NCBI GenBank assembly: GCA_025201805.1
Contig: MU619277.1
Location: 155,712-219,711, forward strand
Reading direction: 5' to 3'
DNA length: 64,000 nucleotides
Source: Parasitella parasitica NRRL 2501
Taxonomy: Eukaryota; Fungi; Mucoromycota
The position numbers and the translations under genes are program-made. The notes under the pieces were generated by a model that was not told where the DNA came from, made no database searches, and was given only the letters and a program-made list of their open reading frames with translations. Positions 1 through 13,398 of the stretch are shown piece by piece; position 1 is the stretch's first letter; each line of letters begins with the position of its first letter.

Positions 1-2134
1 ACATACTATTGATGTATGCTAGGGCCTGTGACAGCCGAACAGAGATCAGTGATGGAGATGGCTTTAAAACTCGTTTTTGCTCTAAAAAGTTAAGTACTTT
101 TTATTAAGAAAAGGGAAAGTTGACTAATATATATCATACTTATGAAAAGTGAGACTATTTCAAGTTATATTTGAGGGATTTCTGTGTCAATACCACCTAG
201 GCTTGATACTTCAGTGTTTTAGTAAAGGAGCAGCTTGTGTTACTCGACATTGATAAAACTGAATTCTCAACATATACAAGATGGATCTTCAATATCCTAG
301 AACATACAGAATGATTGAATTGGCCTCGTACAGCCTCTTCGGCAACCTATAAGATATTTCAACCTTACTATCCACGTCAGCAACGCTTTTACTAATGTTA
401 GTATTGATAACGCCAGTAAGACACATGCAGAACCGGAAAAAAAAATACGGCAAATTATTCTATTTTTACAAAAAAAAATCAACAGACCGCTTAAATAACT
501 ATCCTATTTATAATATCAATCAGCAAAGATATTCTTCTACTACTTTACTCAACCATATCAGTTTCGCTGCTTTAATAAGGCGCTAGACAAACAATCCTTC
601 AATCCTCTTGATTGACATTATCTCAGTTTACCTAATTATACTTTTAATGCAAAAAATATATACTACACTCTGGAATTATTATCATGAATAAAAGATATTA
701 CATCGTTACCTTGAAGAATGACCTCACTGTCAAGAACATTGATCCTAACGAGCTTATGCCTTTTGTTTCTCATCAACTCGATGCTATATCTTAAAAAAAA
801 AGAGTATATGTCGTATTTGAGATGATTATTGATATAGGCTAAATATAAGGAAACCCCCTTATTTATGTTATTTTGACAAAAAAAAAGGCAGATTGCTGTC
901 AAAATAATATAAGATAATTATTTACATTGATTACAGTACTTGTTAATCATATATAATATGTATGTTTAGGGCTTGTACACAGACATTAATAGAATGCACG
1001 ATCCAAAAACAAATGTATATGTTTAACAAGTTCTACAAATGTATATAATTTGTGATAAAAAGTAAAGGATTCTTCTGTTCATGAATTGATTTTACATGCA
1101 TGCAAAACTTCGATTTCGAGCTTTTACATGATTGTTCTTGGAAACTAATAATTTGAACAAAGAAGTAGTACTTAATTTGTATATATAACCAATGAAGGAA
1201 TTTTGTTTGTCATGATGAATCAAGATTTTGTATGAAAGAATCAGATAGATCTAGATCATTCTCGGAAAGGACTACAACATTGCTCGCGTGAAGTTGAGGG
1301 TAATTGATTCAATTTATGTTGGTTTGATTGTTTGAAGTACTTGTATATAAATATGATGACTTTGACGATGTGAGCCTAGAGGATATTATTGTAATAATAT
1401 CCTAACAAAGTTCTATTAGACACCCCGTTAGCTAATGAGTTTTGAAGATTGCATTAGAAAATTCACTAATATTGTGTTACATACTTCTTTATTTGGAAAA
1501 TGATGTTTAACGAGCTGTAGTAAGCGTATAAGTGTACCAAGACGATTTCTTAATACAGAACAAAGGCCGTGCTGAATCATCTTTACCATTTCCAATATCA
1601 AGTCCATTGCTAGCCATACCCATTATCCATAACCGAATGCCTTAATATATATATATCACCGAATCTCTAAAGTATAAATACTCATAACAATTTTATCAAA
1701 TAAAGGATTATCTTATTATTCACAAAAAGCATTAGTTACACAATCTCGGATATTACACGAGCGTAGTACATTATGAAAATTCGTGTGATTTGAATCAAAC
1801 TTTGCATAAATAATACTTTGATATCTTTCTTTCTTACTTGTACTAAAAATCGAACCAAAATGAGCACAAACTATACTAATAACATTGAATTTAACATAAA
1901 TAACCTAGAAGAAAAGAAAAGCGATGACAGAAACGCCAGAGAGCTGTTGAAGAAGAAGTAAATGATCAAAATGCAAAGCAGCCCAAGAAAAGAGGAGGAT
2001 GGACCAAGAACCGCGAGTTGGCATTAGGGGGATTCAAACATCTGGAGAATTGAAAATCCTTGGAGCCTAGAGAATTATTTAAAATTTTAACGACATTTGA
2101 TTGGCTATTTCTCCTAGAGAAAAAATGTCTACTA

Positions 2135-2605
2135 CAGTGGGGCTGGTAAAATAAATGGCAGTTTCCGAAAAATAATTGGCAGTAACCTAAAAATAAATGG
2201 CGCTACCTAGAAAATGACTGGCCGTTTATTCTCTGCTGGTTTGAGACTCAGGTAGGACCTTTGGCTCGTTATGGTTTCGAGTACTACGTTTGGATCACTG
2301 ATTTCGGTCAACACACCTTCCATCGGGTCGAAAACTCTCTCTCCCTCTTCATTGTGAACATTATCGTATCCATCTTCATAAAAAATGTGTTCTTTATCAT
2401 ATTATTTAGTTATATGAGCGAAAAGAAAGAATTAAAGCTTTTACATGATAACTTTCAGTGACGCCAATTTGACTTAGCCCAAAAGGACAAAGTAAAATTT
2501 CGAAAATGACTATCATTCGCTAATAAACGGCCAATCATTTTCTAGGTATCGCCATTTATTTTTAGGTTACTGCCAATTATTTTTCGGAAACTGCCATTTA
2601 TTTTA
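2135..2605. mobile_element. Non-autonomous Tc1/mariner-like element (MITE) with 84-bp terminal inverted repeats; right terminus truncated
   Basis: 2147-2230 and 2522-2605 are reverse complements with 2 mismatches in 84 bp. The left end reads TA|CAGTGGGG (TA plus CAGT, typical of Tc1). Each arm holds about four ~21-nt subrepeats (AAAATAAATGGC-like). The outer 12 nt are missing on the right. Confidence 0.85.
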
Positions 2606-2707
2606 ACTCGAATGCAACAAGAACCGTAAATGAATGAAAAAAAAAAAGGGGACAAGAAGATTGTATTTTTGTATGATTGCAAGGAAAATAATGATAAGAG
2701 GGGGATT

Positions 2708-4344
2708 TTAAAAGCTGTCAAATGTGCTGTTTAGTGTTTGAAGAAAAATGTTCCTACAAAAAGTATTCCACATTTTCTGGCTATTAGTATCATTTTGTGT
2801 GAGTACATCAGCAAGCTCCATGTAGGCATCCACAGATAGGTCCGGAAGGCCATAGAGACTATTTGTATCGTACTCTAAGTCAAAATTCAATGGCGGCTTG
2901 GGATCCTTATGACCGCCTTCTTCGTTGTATCTTGAAATATTGGCCACAAACTGAGAGTAGCCCAATAACGTGCCATACTCATGATTGGCACCTCTTTCAC
3001 GAGAATTACGATGCTCGTAGCGATAAATTCTGACTGAAGACATATATATAGGGAATACTGACGGTGCAACATGCACAACTACCACCGGTTCAAATTTCTT
3101 TGTAAAAATCGCCTTTTGATGTCGAAACATTTCATGTCTATTAGGATGCTTGTATTCAAATTCGTTAATTTCTTTGTACATGCCCTTTAACCAATCAACA
3201 TATTCTTGCGCGTTACGCTGGATGCTGATTTTGTCGTGCTGCTTGTCTACAGGGTTTTCCAGACGAGGGAGCTCAGCCTCCGAGTTGTGAATCTCTTGCC
3301 CGCGCCTATCGTACAAAAGAAAGTGGTCCATGTTAAGATGGCCGTAAAAGTGACCAAAGACAACATCGGAATAATTAGCAGTAATAACCATGTAATCCGT
3401 CATACAACTTTTGAAGAAGTCTCTTGGGGAAGGAGGTACATGGCCGATAACGTAGATCTTGACACCGTCATGACGAGCCTTACGGAGTTGGTTCTTGTAC
3501 CATTTCATATGGTGATGTCAAAAAGAAGATTTCTTGGAGCATGCTTTTGCAAAGGGATTTTTCTTGAGAAAAAACATGGTATTGATTGATAATACTCGTA
3601 ATCCTAGGGCCACGTCGACAGCAAAATAACCACCTTCTAGAAAATCTTTACGTTGCTTTTTAGGAATCCACTGATTCCATAACTTTTCAAAAAAGTGCAG
3701 GACATCGTCGTTGAGATGAATGTAATTGTGAGGCTGAACATCATTGTTGCCGATAACAGGCACAACAGGAATGGCACGAGGATGTTCAGGACTGGAACAG
3801 AATAGATTGGACACCATTTTGGTTACTAGGTGGTTCAGCTCAAGCACTTTACTTTCTTTGCGAGGATGTTGTTCATCCCAATCATGCCTAGAGTTATCAC
3901 CGGTCCAAATTACAAAATCAAGCTTATCTCTCCACTCTCTTTGGATCCAATTAAGGGTGTGCTCAATCAAGGTACTCGGTGCATCCATGCGAATACCTGG
4001 AACACCCATAGGGCCACATAATTGCGTGTGCTTGGAATGCACATGTTTCTCAGGCATAGAATGACAGCCTGATTTCAAAGTAGCACCTTCAGTGTAATGA
4101 TCATCCAACTAAAACATATATTCAGTGTTGTACCATGCTAATTAAATAAAAAACTTACATGAGTATCTGTGATTTGAAGAAAGTAGCCATATTTCTCATC
4201 ATGAAATAAATGCTGATCTACTGGTCCATTTATATTTCCCCAATCTTTAAGCTTACTGCTACTATGTTGATCCAAAAGTTTATAGCATTGCCATAGTAAA
4301 AGTGCAGAAGCACCTATTAAAAGCACAATGAAAGGCACCTTCAT
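2708..4344 (-). CDS. PPN1: Endopolyphosphatase (Ppn1-like calcineurin-type metallophosphoesterase) with an in-frame TGA at 3518-3520; possible pseudogene or base-call error
   Basis: N-terminal TM anchor (MKVPFIVLLIG...). Motifs FLQITDTH|LD, DFVIWTGDNSRHD, VIGNNDV, IGHVPP and FYGHLNMDHF. One intron at ~4110-4158. ORFs 3518-4108 and 2708-3508 are in the same frame, separated by TGA plus 3 codons. Confidence 0.85.
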
Positions 4345-4657
4345 TGATTTTAGATTACTATAAATAGGATAGAAGGGTGTCAGAAACATAACAGCAGCAT
4401 TTTATATGATGCTTGTGATTCAGTTTATCCCAATGAATCGCATTGTTGGGTGTGCCACACAAACCCCTTTTATGCGATGATTGTTTAGCCGCACATCATC
4501 ACACCACATCTGTTACACCACCAATGCTGCTTTTTTATCTAGATAGCAAAATAAACAAAAGCCACCAAAAATTTTTTCCTGAAGTTGTGTGATTGATATT
4601 GCCAGGTGGAAATTTGATTCTTAGTTTTGGTTCCTCCTCTTCAATTCCATACTAAAA

Positions 4658-5101
4658 ATGGCTCCCGTTAAGGCTAACACCGCTGCTGTCAAGAAGTCCA
4701 AGTTCGTTATCGACTGTTCTGGTCCTGCCAACGACAAAATTTTTGATGCTGCTGCCTTCGTATGTATATATCTTGTGCTCAAGAAACAATTGTGAAAATT
4801 GACAAATATGATGATTTATTCGTCTCTGCAGGAAAAGTACCTTCATGATCGTATCAAGGTCGATGGCCGTACCAACAACCTCGGTGAAGCTGTTACTATC
4901 TCTCGCTCTGCCGACAACAAGATCACCGTTGTCACCAACATTGCTTTCTCCAAGCGTTATCTCAAGTATCTCACTAAGAAGTTCTTGAAGAAGAACCAAA
5001 TCCGTGATTGGCTTCGTGTGATTGCCTCTGATAAGCAGACTTTCCAACTTCGTTACTTCAACATTGCTAACGATGATGAGGCTGAGGATGACGAGGAATA
5101 A
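4658..5101 (+). CDS. RPL22: 60S ribosomal protein L22 (eL22), 2 exons, intron 4760-4831
   Basis: [34 protein letters not shown]|[18 protein letters not shown]...[25 protein letters not shown]; GTATGT...CAG intron; strong codon bias. Confidence 0.97.
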
Positions 5102-8100
5102 ACTTCTCGCAAGATCTAATAAAAATAAACTTTTATTATAATTTTTGCAAGTAGCCCCATTATGGTTGTCTATATACTACCAGTAATAGCTGCCGAAGAT
5201 TTTTTTTTTATTCTTGAGGAAGTTTGTTTTCGACTTTTACTGATTCAGCAACAGATTTGCTTTAACCTGCCAAACGAATACCTGTTTACTCATTGTTCTT
5301 GAGAATAGAAACAATAGCGCAGGTCGATGGTATGTTACCATCTAAATCACAACAAAGCTGCTCGGCAGGCCTCTCAAGAAAAATAGCCCCAACCCGAAAC
5401 TGTTAAAAGAGTGCTGTGAGGGCTTGATAACGGGATGTAAAATTACCCGTGCTTTAGATATAATACGCTTATTCAACTATTCTGGGTTCCTTCACAACAA
5501 GTAGCTATTACGATCAATAATACTTATATGGTGAACAGGACAGAGACCAAAGCGAAAAAATAAACTTAAAGATAAAGAACTAATGTTTATTGATATTCCA
5601 TCTGATTTGATATTAATACGTCGCTTGCTTTATTTGCTTGTTTACTCAACCGCTCACAACAAAATCAAATAGTTCAAAATCGAATAGTTTATCTGTGCCT
5701 TGAAATTTGAGCAAGTCCGTTTATCTTACTGCTGTTATGGCAGCCGAAATATCACGATATCCAGTGACAGTTGTGATATTATATTGATTCGTATCTGATA
5801 CAATCATGTAATATATTCACAGTAAACCAGGAAACGTAGTAGTGCTTGTAGGAAATGATATAGTGAAGATGTAGTAGTGCATAGACACCAATCAGATGTT
5901 ATGTGGATAAACATTGATTAGAGCATATTCTAGTAATATAAATAAAAATTATGTCTTATGCCAGGTGATATATCAATTCTAAATGATGTATCAATTCTAC
6001 AGGCGGATGCCAATATAATATAAACTAATACTGAAGAGTAAAACATCATATCATAAAATAATATGACATGACATTTGGGATAGATACAATCTATCCTATT
6101 ATCTCCTGTGACTCACCACTAGTCTTCATATTGCTTCCCTCAGTTCATACAAAGCATATAAACCCTTTATTTTGAATATAATAAACGGATCTTTACCTAT
6201 TTATTTCTGTCAAGTTTTTCTGATTAATCATCAATAATAAATCGGCATTTTGAAAGTGTGTGCAGATACGAGACTTTTTCTAAGTATATCTTAACGTATT
6301 TTATTAAACAGGCAGAGTAGTTAACCAGCGTACTTCCTACAGTCTCACTAACATTTCAAATCATTTTAATGCAAGGGGCATCAATTTATTTCACTTCATA
6401 GGAATGTAAACTTCAAAAAAAAACTCTTAATTAAACTCCGCTAGCCAATAGCTTTCGAGTGGTGTATTTTATGTATAAAAATAATGATTTTTGATAGAGA
6501 AATTCAAAAACCATGACAAGTACATTAAGAAACAAAGTATAAAAGCAATATTACAACAACATTAGACATTCTAATTTTTCCATTCTATAAATGTTATCCG
6601 ACCAAAGAAACATTGAAAATTACTAATATCAACACGACGAAACTTCAAACAAAACCATTCAATCCAAACTAGCAATTTATACAATTAACAGAAGATATCG
6701 AAAGTTTACATATCAGAATTGCATATAATCGATGATAGGCTTCGATAAACAGCAAAATAAAGACTGTCTTATGGGCCATAGGATCAGGCATGATCATCGC
6801 TATTTGAGCATAACTTGGGTTCCACAGGGCGTTATGTATTTATTTCTAATCAGGTAATCGCTACGTATGTGAATCATTCATCGATAAGTTTAATGTATTT
6901 TTTTTGAATAGGTAGGGCCTAAATCAATGAGTGTATACAAAACTGTGCTGAAATGATAGAACTGCCCGTAAATAAGTAATTAAACGACACCTCTTACAGA
7001 ATCACCTTAGAGATTGCTGACAGACAGATTACCTAATTATCTAACCCTAAAACCAGAAAGTATTAATAAACAATGAAGAACCAACAGAAAGAAATCAACC
7101 CACAAACCACATTTGGAACGCATAGACCAATGTAAGGACTGGTCCATGCATGTCATTTCCAAATGTATCAGAAACATCGATATTAGAATACCGTACCTGA
7201 TTATGGAAAATAAAATACAGACAAACTCCAACATGGTCCGACTGACAGTTACGGCATAACTGACAAACAGACCGTTCACAACAACGAATATAAGAAGAGT
7301 AAAAATGTTTGGCCTTTGCACATTGTCTTATTTCCAAAATTAAGAAGGCAACAAATTGTATATTTTATTGTTTTCACACTTTTTACTACAAAGACATTTA
7401 TTCATAACTATAAAATTACCGGTAACATTTAGCGTTAAATCCCGTCAGGAGTGGATACCATCACAAAGTAATCTAAATAATGGTAAGCATTGTATCTCAT
7501 GGAACCTCTTAAAGAGCAATATACGTGCAAAAATTTTAATCTCTGGTACAAAGTTATTTCATGAATCATTTCGCACATCTTTTGACAGTAGATACTAGAT
7601 GGCTATTTCGTTTCTAAATAACATCTAAAACAGCATGGCTAAAAATGGAAAGATGCATACTGATAATTGCTCCAATTGTTTCGGCTGGCAATAGTTCCTG
7701 TTTAGCAGATTTATTTCATAACATGAACGGAGAAGCTTTATCATTGCCTATGATTATAAACGGACATGCAGTCTTTCATGTCTTGATACTTTTTCCAGAT
7801 CTGTATATATAATCTTAATAAATACATTATATTTGCTTTTATGACATTAATTGTTATGCTATATAATTTTAAATTTACAGTCATTGTATTATTTAAACAC
7901 AATCTAATAACAAACAAAATAATCAATTAAATGAATCTATTAGATGAATCTATTAGATGAAGGTCAAAATTTAATTTATTTCTTTACTGCTATAACAATG
8001 AGTCTTTTGGTATTGAATCTTGAGGTATTTGGTATTGTTATTCGACAATGCAACCAAAATTAAACCTTGGCACACGCTATTTTTTCTGATCGCTCGTCCC

Positions 8101-8246
8101 TGAATCTTTTCCACTCGTAGCCCATTTTGTAATGGTACAAAGAGCTTGTTTAATGTGACTGCAGGAACCTATCAATTTTTTTACAACAATAAATAGAAGA
8201 AAAATAAGAGAAAACCTTTTTTTATTTTACATTGGCAATAAATCAA

Positions 8247-9972
8247 ATGTCGAAAAAAATGGCCAAACCTCAGTACAACAATAACCGATATGGCAATGGT
8301 AATTATAATGATCCAAATCGAAGCTTCAAAAGGAATCTTCAAAAGAATCACAAAAAACATGGCGGAAATAATGGTCAGAAACAACAACCAGGCAAGAAAG
8401 TGGAAAAAGTTAACACAGCCATCAAAGCGCCTCTATTCAACAAATCCAAATTATTTTCGACTTGGAAAATCAATCAGAAAATCGGTCCGGGCTATGTGAA
8501 TGGTCAAAACACATGCTTTTTGAACTCTGTTTTAGAATGTTTGACGTACACTCCCCCGCTGGCACAGGAAATGCTGAAGGAAGAGCATCACAAACAATGT
8601 CGCATGGATGGTTTTTGCGCTCTCTGCTCTATGGAGATTCATGTCAGACGCTGTTTAAAGGAGGAAAAGAGCTTTTCAAAGGGTGCTGCTATCCTCCCAA
8701 GATATTTCACATCAAATTTAAAAGGTATAGTTGGTTAAATTCGTTTGATCTGCTTTGAGAGTCGGCTGACATTTTGCAACAAAGCCCTCTCAAAGACGTT
8801 ACGTTTGGGTAGACAGGAGGACGCTCATGAATTCTACATGTTTATGTTGTCCGCATTCCAAAAGGCTTCCATCAATGGATTAGGGTATATGTTTGATGTT
8901 GCTAAGCCACTTTTAGATTGGCAAATTAACCTATTTGTTTCGTAGTAAATTGCCACCTAAAGTTGAAGAAACAGCTCTTGTGTATCAAATCTTTGGCGGA
9001 AAGCTTCGATCTCAGCTAAAATGCTATAGCTGTAAAGCAACTTCCAACAACTATGAAGCGTGCCTTGATTTAAGTGTAGATCTCACCAACAAAGCGGATT
9101 CTGTTGCCATGGCAATGGACAATTTCGTCAAGGTAGATGTTATCGGTAGCGATGATCCCAGTAATAGATACAAATGCGATCACTGTAAACAAATGGTCAA
9201 GGCAGGGAAACAAATGACAATCGACCAACTGCCCATGATGCTTACTATTCACTTGAAACGCTTCGCTTTTGATATGTTTCGTGGGTGCATGCGTAAAATT
9301 ACATCATATGTAAGATACCCAGAAATACTTGACATGGCTCCTTACACAAGTCAAGAAAAGAAGATAAAAAATGCTGAATACAGTTTATATGCTGTTCTTG
9401 TACATCAAGGCTATAGCTGTGATTCTGGCCACTATTATGCGTATGTAAAAGCTCCTAATGGACAATGGAACCGAATGGATGACGAATATGTGGCGCCTGT
9501 GTCACTCAAAGAAGTGTTATCGCAAAATGCATACATGTTGTTCTACCAACAAAACAAGGCTTCAACACCCATTGCCCCTTCTACTAGCAATGTATCTAAA
9601 TCAACAGTGATACCTCCAGTTCGTTTGGAGTTTTCTGAGCCTACTATTAAGAAGGTTTTGGTCGATATCAATGCAAAGAAACAGCAAGCCATAACACCAA
9701 ACCCGGAAAGAAGAGTCCAATTTATCGATCAATCTGCTGCAATATCTGATAATCCAAGTGCTTGGTCAGTGAATTCGACAGACAGACCCCGTAGATCGTT
9801 ACGAGGGAATTTATCACCGCCTACTTTCGCTGCAAATGTTGGCGACATTAGTGCGTGGAACACACGCACATTTGAAGATTATAGACTGAAAAAGCAAGAA
9901 AAACGAAGACGCCATTACCGAGCAAAGTTAGAAAAACGAAAGAATGCGTGGACCGTTGGCCGCCCTTATTAA
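8247..9972 (+). CDS. Ubiquitin-specific protease (peptidase C19, USP36/USP42/Ubp10-like), 3 exons
   Basis: Cys box NGQNTCFLNSVLECL, QEDAHEF, CxxC fingers, LKRF, His box HQGYSCDSGHYYAYVK, AYMLFY. Introns at ~8724-8783 and ~8885-8946. Confidence 0.92.
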
Positions 9973-10231
9973 AAGCAATAGAGATTTTTGCCTCATTCTT
10001 TGACCATGTACATATATCTTACTATACAATGTGAAGTTCAAAAATCATATCCTTATTTCAATTAAAATTACAAATCCGAATTTTACGTATATTTAAAGCC
10101 TTAACTTGCTGTAATTTTTTATTCGATATAGATCAAATTCACGTCTAATATGATGTAGCCAAACTTTCGTTAGCAAGAAGGGAAGAAAAGACTAGACGTC
10201 AAAACAAACTCTACATATATGCACTGTTTAT

Positions 10232-11556
10232 TCATAAATAATCAGTATGGTTTGAAGTATTAATGGGTGTATTTTCTTCGTCTTCTTCCTTTTTAGGTGG
10301 TATAGGGGAAGGTGCCAGACTATAAACTGTAACACTGAAAACGACAAGCGCATAGGCAATTGGGTAAAATGGAGGCATATGAGCATCTAGGAATAACAAA
10401 CCAACGACTAACGAATAGCAATTACTTGTTATAAGGCTCAAACTGAGAAAGGTAGCTCCGACCATACGATATACAGTAGGAACAAGAGAATACATGCAGA
10501 ATAAGCAGATTACATATGTTGCTACTAGCGATACTGGTAAACTAATTAGTTTTTGTTTGTTCTTTACTGAAAAACACACTTACGCACTGACCACGACCAT
10601 TGGATTTGAATGACTTGATCAAATTCAAAATAATACCTGTTTATACTAGAACATTAAAATTGTGCATTAATCATGCTTAAAAATCGCTTTTTACGCTTGC
10701 AAACCACAAAGAATACTGCCCCAAAATCCTGCTTTCCCCAGAAATTCCGCTGATGTATATTGTTTCACTAAATGTTCTTCTGTTACATTACTGATCGCAT
10801 ATAACGTTGCACTAGCTAACTATACAAAATCCACGATTAAATACTGGCATATTTGTCTTCAAAGATTTGAAATTTACACAGATTATATCTCCAATCCAAC
10901 TATGATTGTCTGAAATGGATGTGAATAAACAATGCAATGGTTTTGAATATACAATAGCTCGGATAGAACGAAATGTCTTTCAACTTACTAGTGGCATCAT
11001 CATCATCGATTGTATCGCCCCATATAAGCAATGCTAATCCAGCTAAACACACAAAAGCGCTTTGTACATGCACTTTATTGTATTTGGCATTGAGAAAATA
11101 TGTAGAAAGTAACATGATGCATGGAATTGACCACGATGAGAGCACGAGAGCAGATAATACAGATGTGTTTTTAAATGCTAAAACAGCCAATACATTTCCT
11201 GCAAGCAGATTTGGTTGTAAATTACAGAATGTATTCACATAGTTTGCTTTCTACATACCATGGACATCAGCAAATGAAAATCCAAAGACTGGTGTGTGAA
11301 TTAGTTGTCTTGAAATCAAAAATCATGCCGGCTACCTACATTTCCATGATAATTTCGACTTGAATGAAGACGCTTTACTTGTTGTGTAGACGGAATACAC
11401 AATGGCTAATAAAATGTAGTTACAAAGGTTTTGGGTAAAGGGTATACTAATGGAGTGCTGCCTCCATAAACCTGACGAAGCAGAGCTTGTTCCAGTTATA
11501 CAAAGAGATAAAAGTTGGCCTAAACCAACTGCTAAGACAGTCTGACGTTTAAGCAT
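10232..11556 (-). CDS. SLC35F1/F2-like (DUF914) solute carrier, multi-exon
   Basis: LGQLLSLCITGT, PFTQNLCNYILL, ADVHGNVLAVLAFKNTS, WIGDIICLASATLYAISNVTEE and ATFLSLSLITSN match the SLC35F pattern. About 6 short GT-AG introns. Confidence 0.85.
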
Positions 11557-11646
11557 ATTTAAACAAGAAAGAAAAAAGTCGACAAAAAACAGACAAAAAA
11601 AAAATTTAAATACCCAATTAAACTGCCCATTTTATTGAAAATGAAT

Positions 11647-13398
11647 CTATTTAGACAAAAGGAACTTGTGAATGTATGGCTGGATTTTAGATACTGTGCC
11701 TAACGCTATGAGTCGACCTTTGGGGGATTTATAATACAGATAATTTTCACCGCATAAGTGTCTTTTATGAATAGCGTTGTCTCCCTGGGAAATCCCATTG
11801 ATCGCATCGTCAAAATCTTTGGGTGTTCCATAATCATGGCCATTTATAATCACTCGATCAGGTTTATTCTTGACAGTAATGAAGCCATTGTTGTTGTCCA
11901 TCAAGGTTTTTGGTTTAGCCATTTTTGGCCTTGAGTAAAATAAGGGTTGATTAGAGTCTCTTCTGCCTTGATTGCCTCCCCTGCTGTTGCTATGGTTACT
12001 ATTGCAGCTATTGTTACTATTGCTGCTGCTTGTCGCCACTACTGGTGGACCAGATGAGGTGACCATCGGCGGTTTTGATGAAGCCACAGGTAGCGGTTGT
12101 GATATCACAACACTAGGCAACTTCGCTTTTGTTTTATCAAAAAGTTGTTTAGACGTTGTAGCATTTTTTGATATTTTTGATCCAGGTTTACTACGATGAC
12201 TTTTTAAAATTTGATTGGCATCCTTATCCAAGGATCCTTTTTGCTTCAATCCATTGGGTTTTGTTGTATTAAAATCCATCTTTTGTTTCAAAACATTCAG
12301 TAAATGCTGCGTGGTGTGATGAGCACTGTTTAAGGCTTCTCTCTGTTGATCATTCGCTTGTCCTCCAACAAGCTGTCTATACTTTTCTTTTTCTTTTTCT
12401 TTTCCTTTAAATCTTGTATCCTTTCTTTCTACGGCAATTTCTGGTTGTGTGGGTGCTGAGAGTGATAGTGACGGCAGTGGTGTATCGTCTGGAATAGCTG
12501 CCAAATTTTCTTTTTGAATCTCTTGCAGTTTTTTATACTGTAATGCGTGGATTTTTCTAAACTTTGAAAAGTTTTTCTTGTATTTTTTCTGCATCACAAA
12601 TTAATATGTATCTGCAATGTTGTCAAGCTTCTTACCTTCAGTATCATTGAGTATTTTTCTTTGCGGCTCTGAATAGCTTCGTCGCCATTACCGTCGTGCT
12701 TGTCATCTACATTGTTTAAAGGCATTTCATCTTCACTGGTGTCCATATCATCGTCTGAGGGACCTTCTGGTCGTATTGGCTGTGGCGGCGATAGCGCTAG
12801 GGGGGTTACCTCTGGAATTTCTTCATCCAACACTTTTGTCATGACAAAATCTTGCTGCATAGGGCTTGCCATATCAGGAATCATGGTGAGTAGCTCCATT
12901 ATCTGCGCATCGTTTTTCACTAGGAAATCTGGGCCACTGATCAATTCACATGCAATTTCTGACGGAGGAGTGATGGACAGGTCGTCTTTGAAATTGGTAG
13001 CGAAATCCCTGCGGTATTTATCAAGTTCTGCTATTTGCTGATTTAAAAGTCTTTCTCGTTGTCTGGCATGCTGCTTCATGTATATGGCTCTCAATCGCTT
13101 TGGGTTCACCTTGCCAGCAGGTGTATCAGCAGGCAGATAGATTTCCTCGTTGCTATTGAAAAGGATCAGTCGACACCGTCAGTTATGTGTTTAAGTTGAC
13201 TAGTATTTACTCTAAATCAGGCTCTTGGAAGACGAAAAAAAGATCATTTACAGATACTTTGACTCCCATTCATGTAATGATTGTACTGTTGGTGCTAAAG
13301 AAGTGGCTATACATTTCTGAGGAGAATTTTGTATGGGCAGACGAGTCACATCCATATCCTGAGCACACTTTTGCATGAACCTATGGCTCGAGACACTC
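11647..13398 (-). CDS. Hypothetical protein, largely low-complexity/coiled-coil; 5' end uncertain and may extend to ~13830
   Basis: ORFs 12594-13109 and 11647-12597 are joined by a GTAAGA...GCAG intron (~12589-12635). Further short upstream exons include FMQKCAQDMDVTRLP at ~13260-13398. No family recognised. Confidence 0.65.

Noticed and set aside
3518-3520. Selenocysteine recoding of the PPN1 TGA
   Set aside because: The aligned residue in homologs is Gly rather than Cys, and no SECIS-like element is evident.
4652-5047. 131-aa minus-strand ORF over RPL22, and similar antisense ORFs over RPL29, AACS, AzgA and importin
   Set aside because: Antisense shadows caused by codon bias of the real genes; they span sense-strand introns and have no independent motifs.
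7931-7960. 13-nt tandem duplication ATGAATCTATTAG x2, and TATCAAAC repeats at ~28597-28620
   Set aside because: Ordinary slippage duplications with no further structure.
8154-8161. TGTGACTG (Homol-D-like box) upstream of the USP gene
   Set aside because: A single 8-mer is expected by chance in 64 kb, and it was not seen upstream of RPL22 or RPL29.
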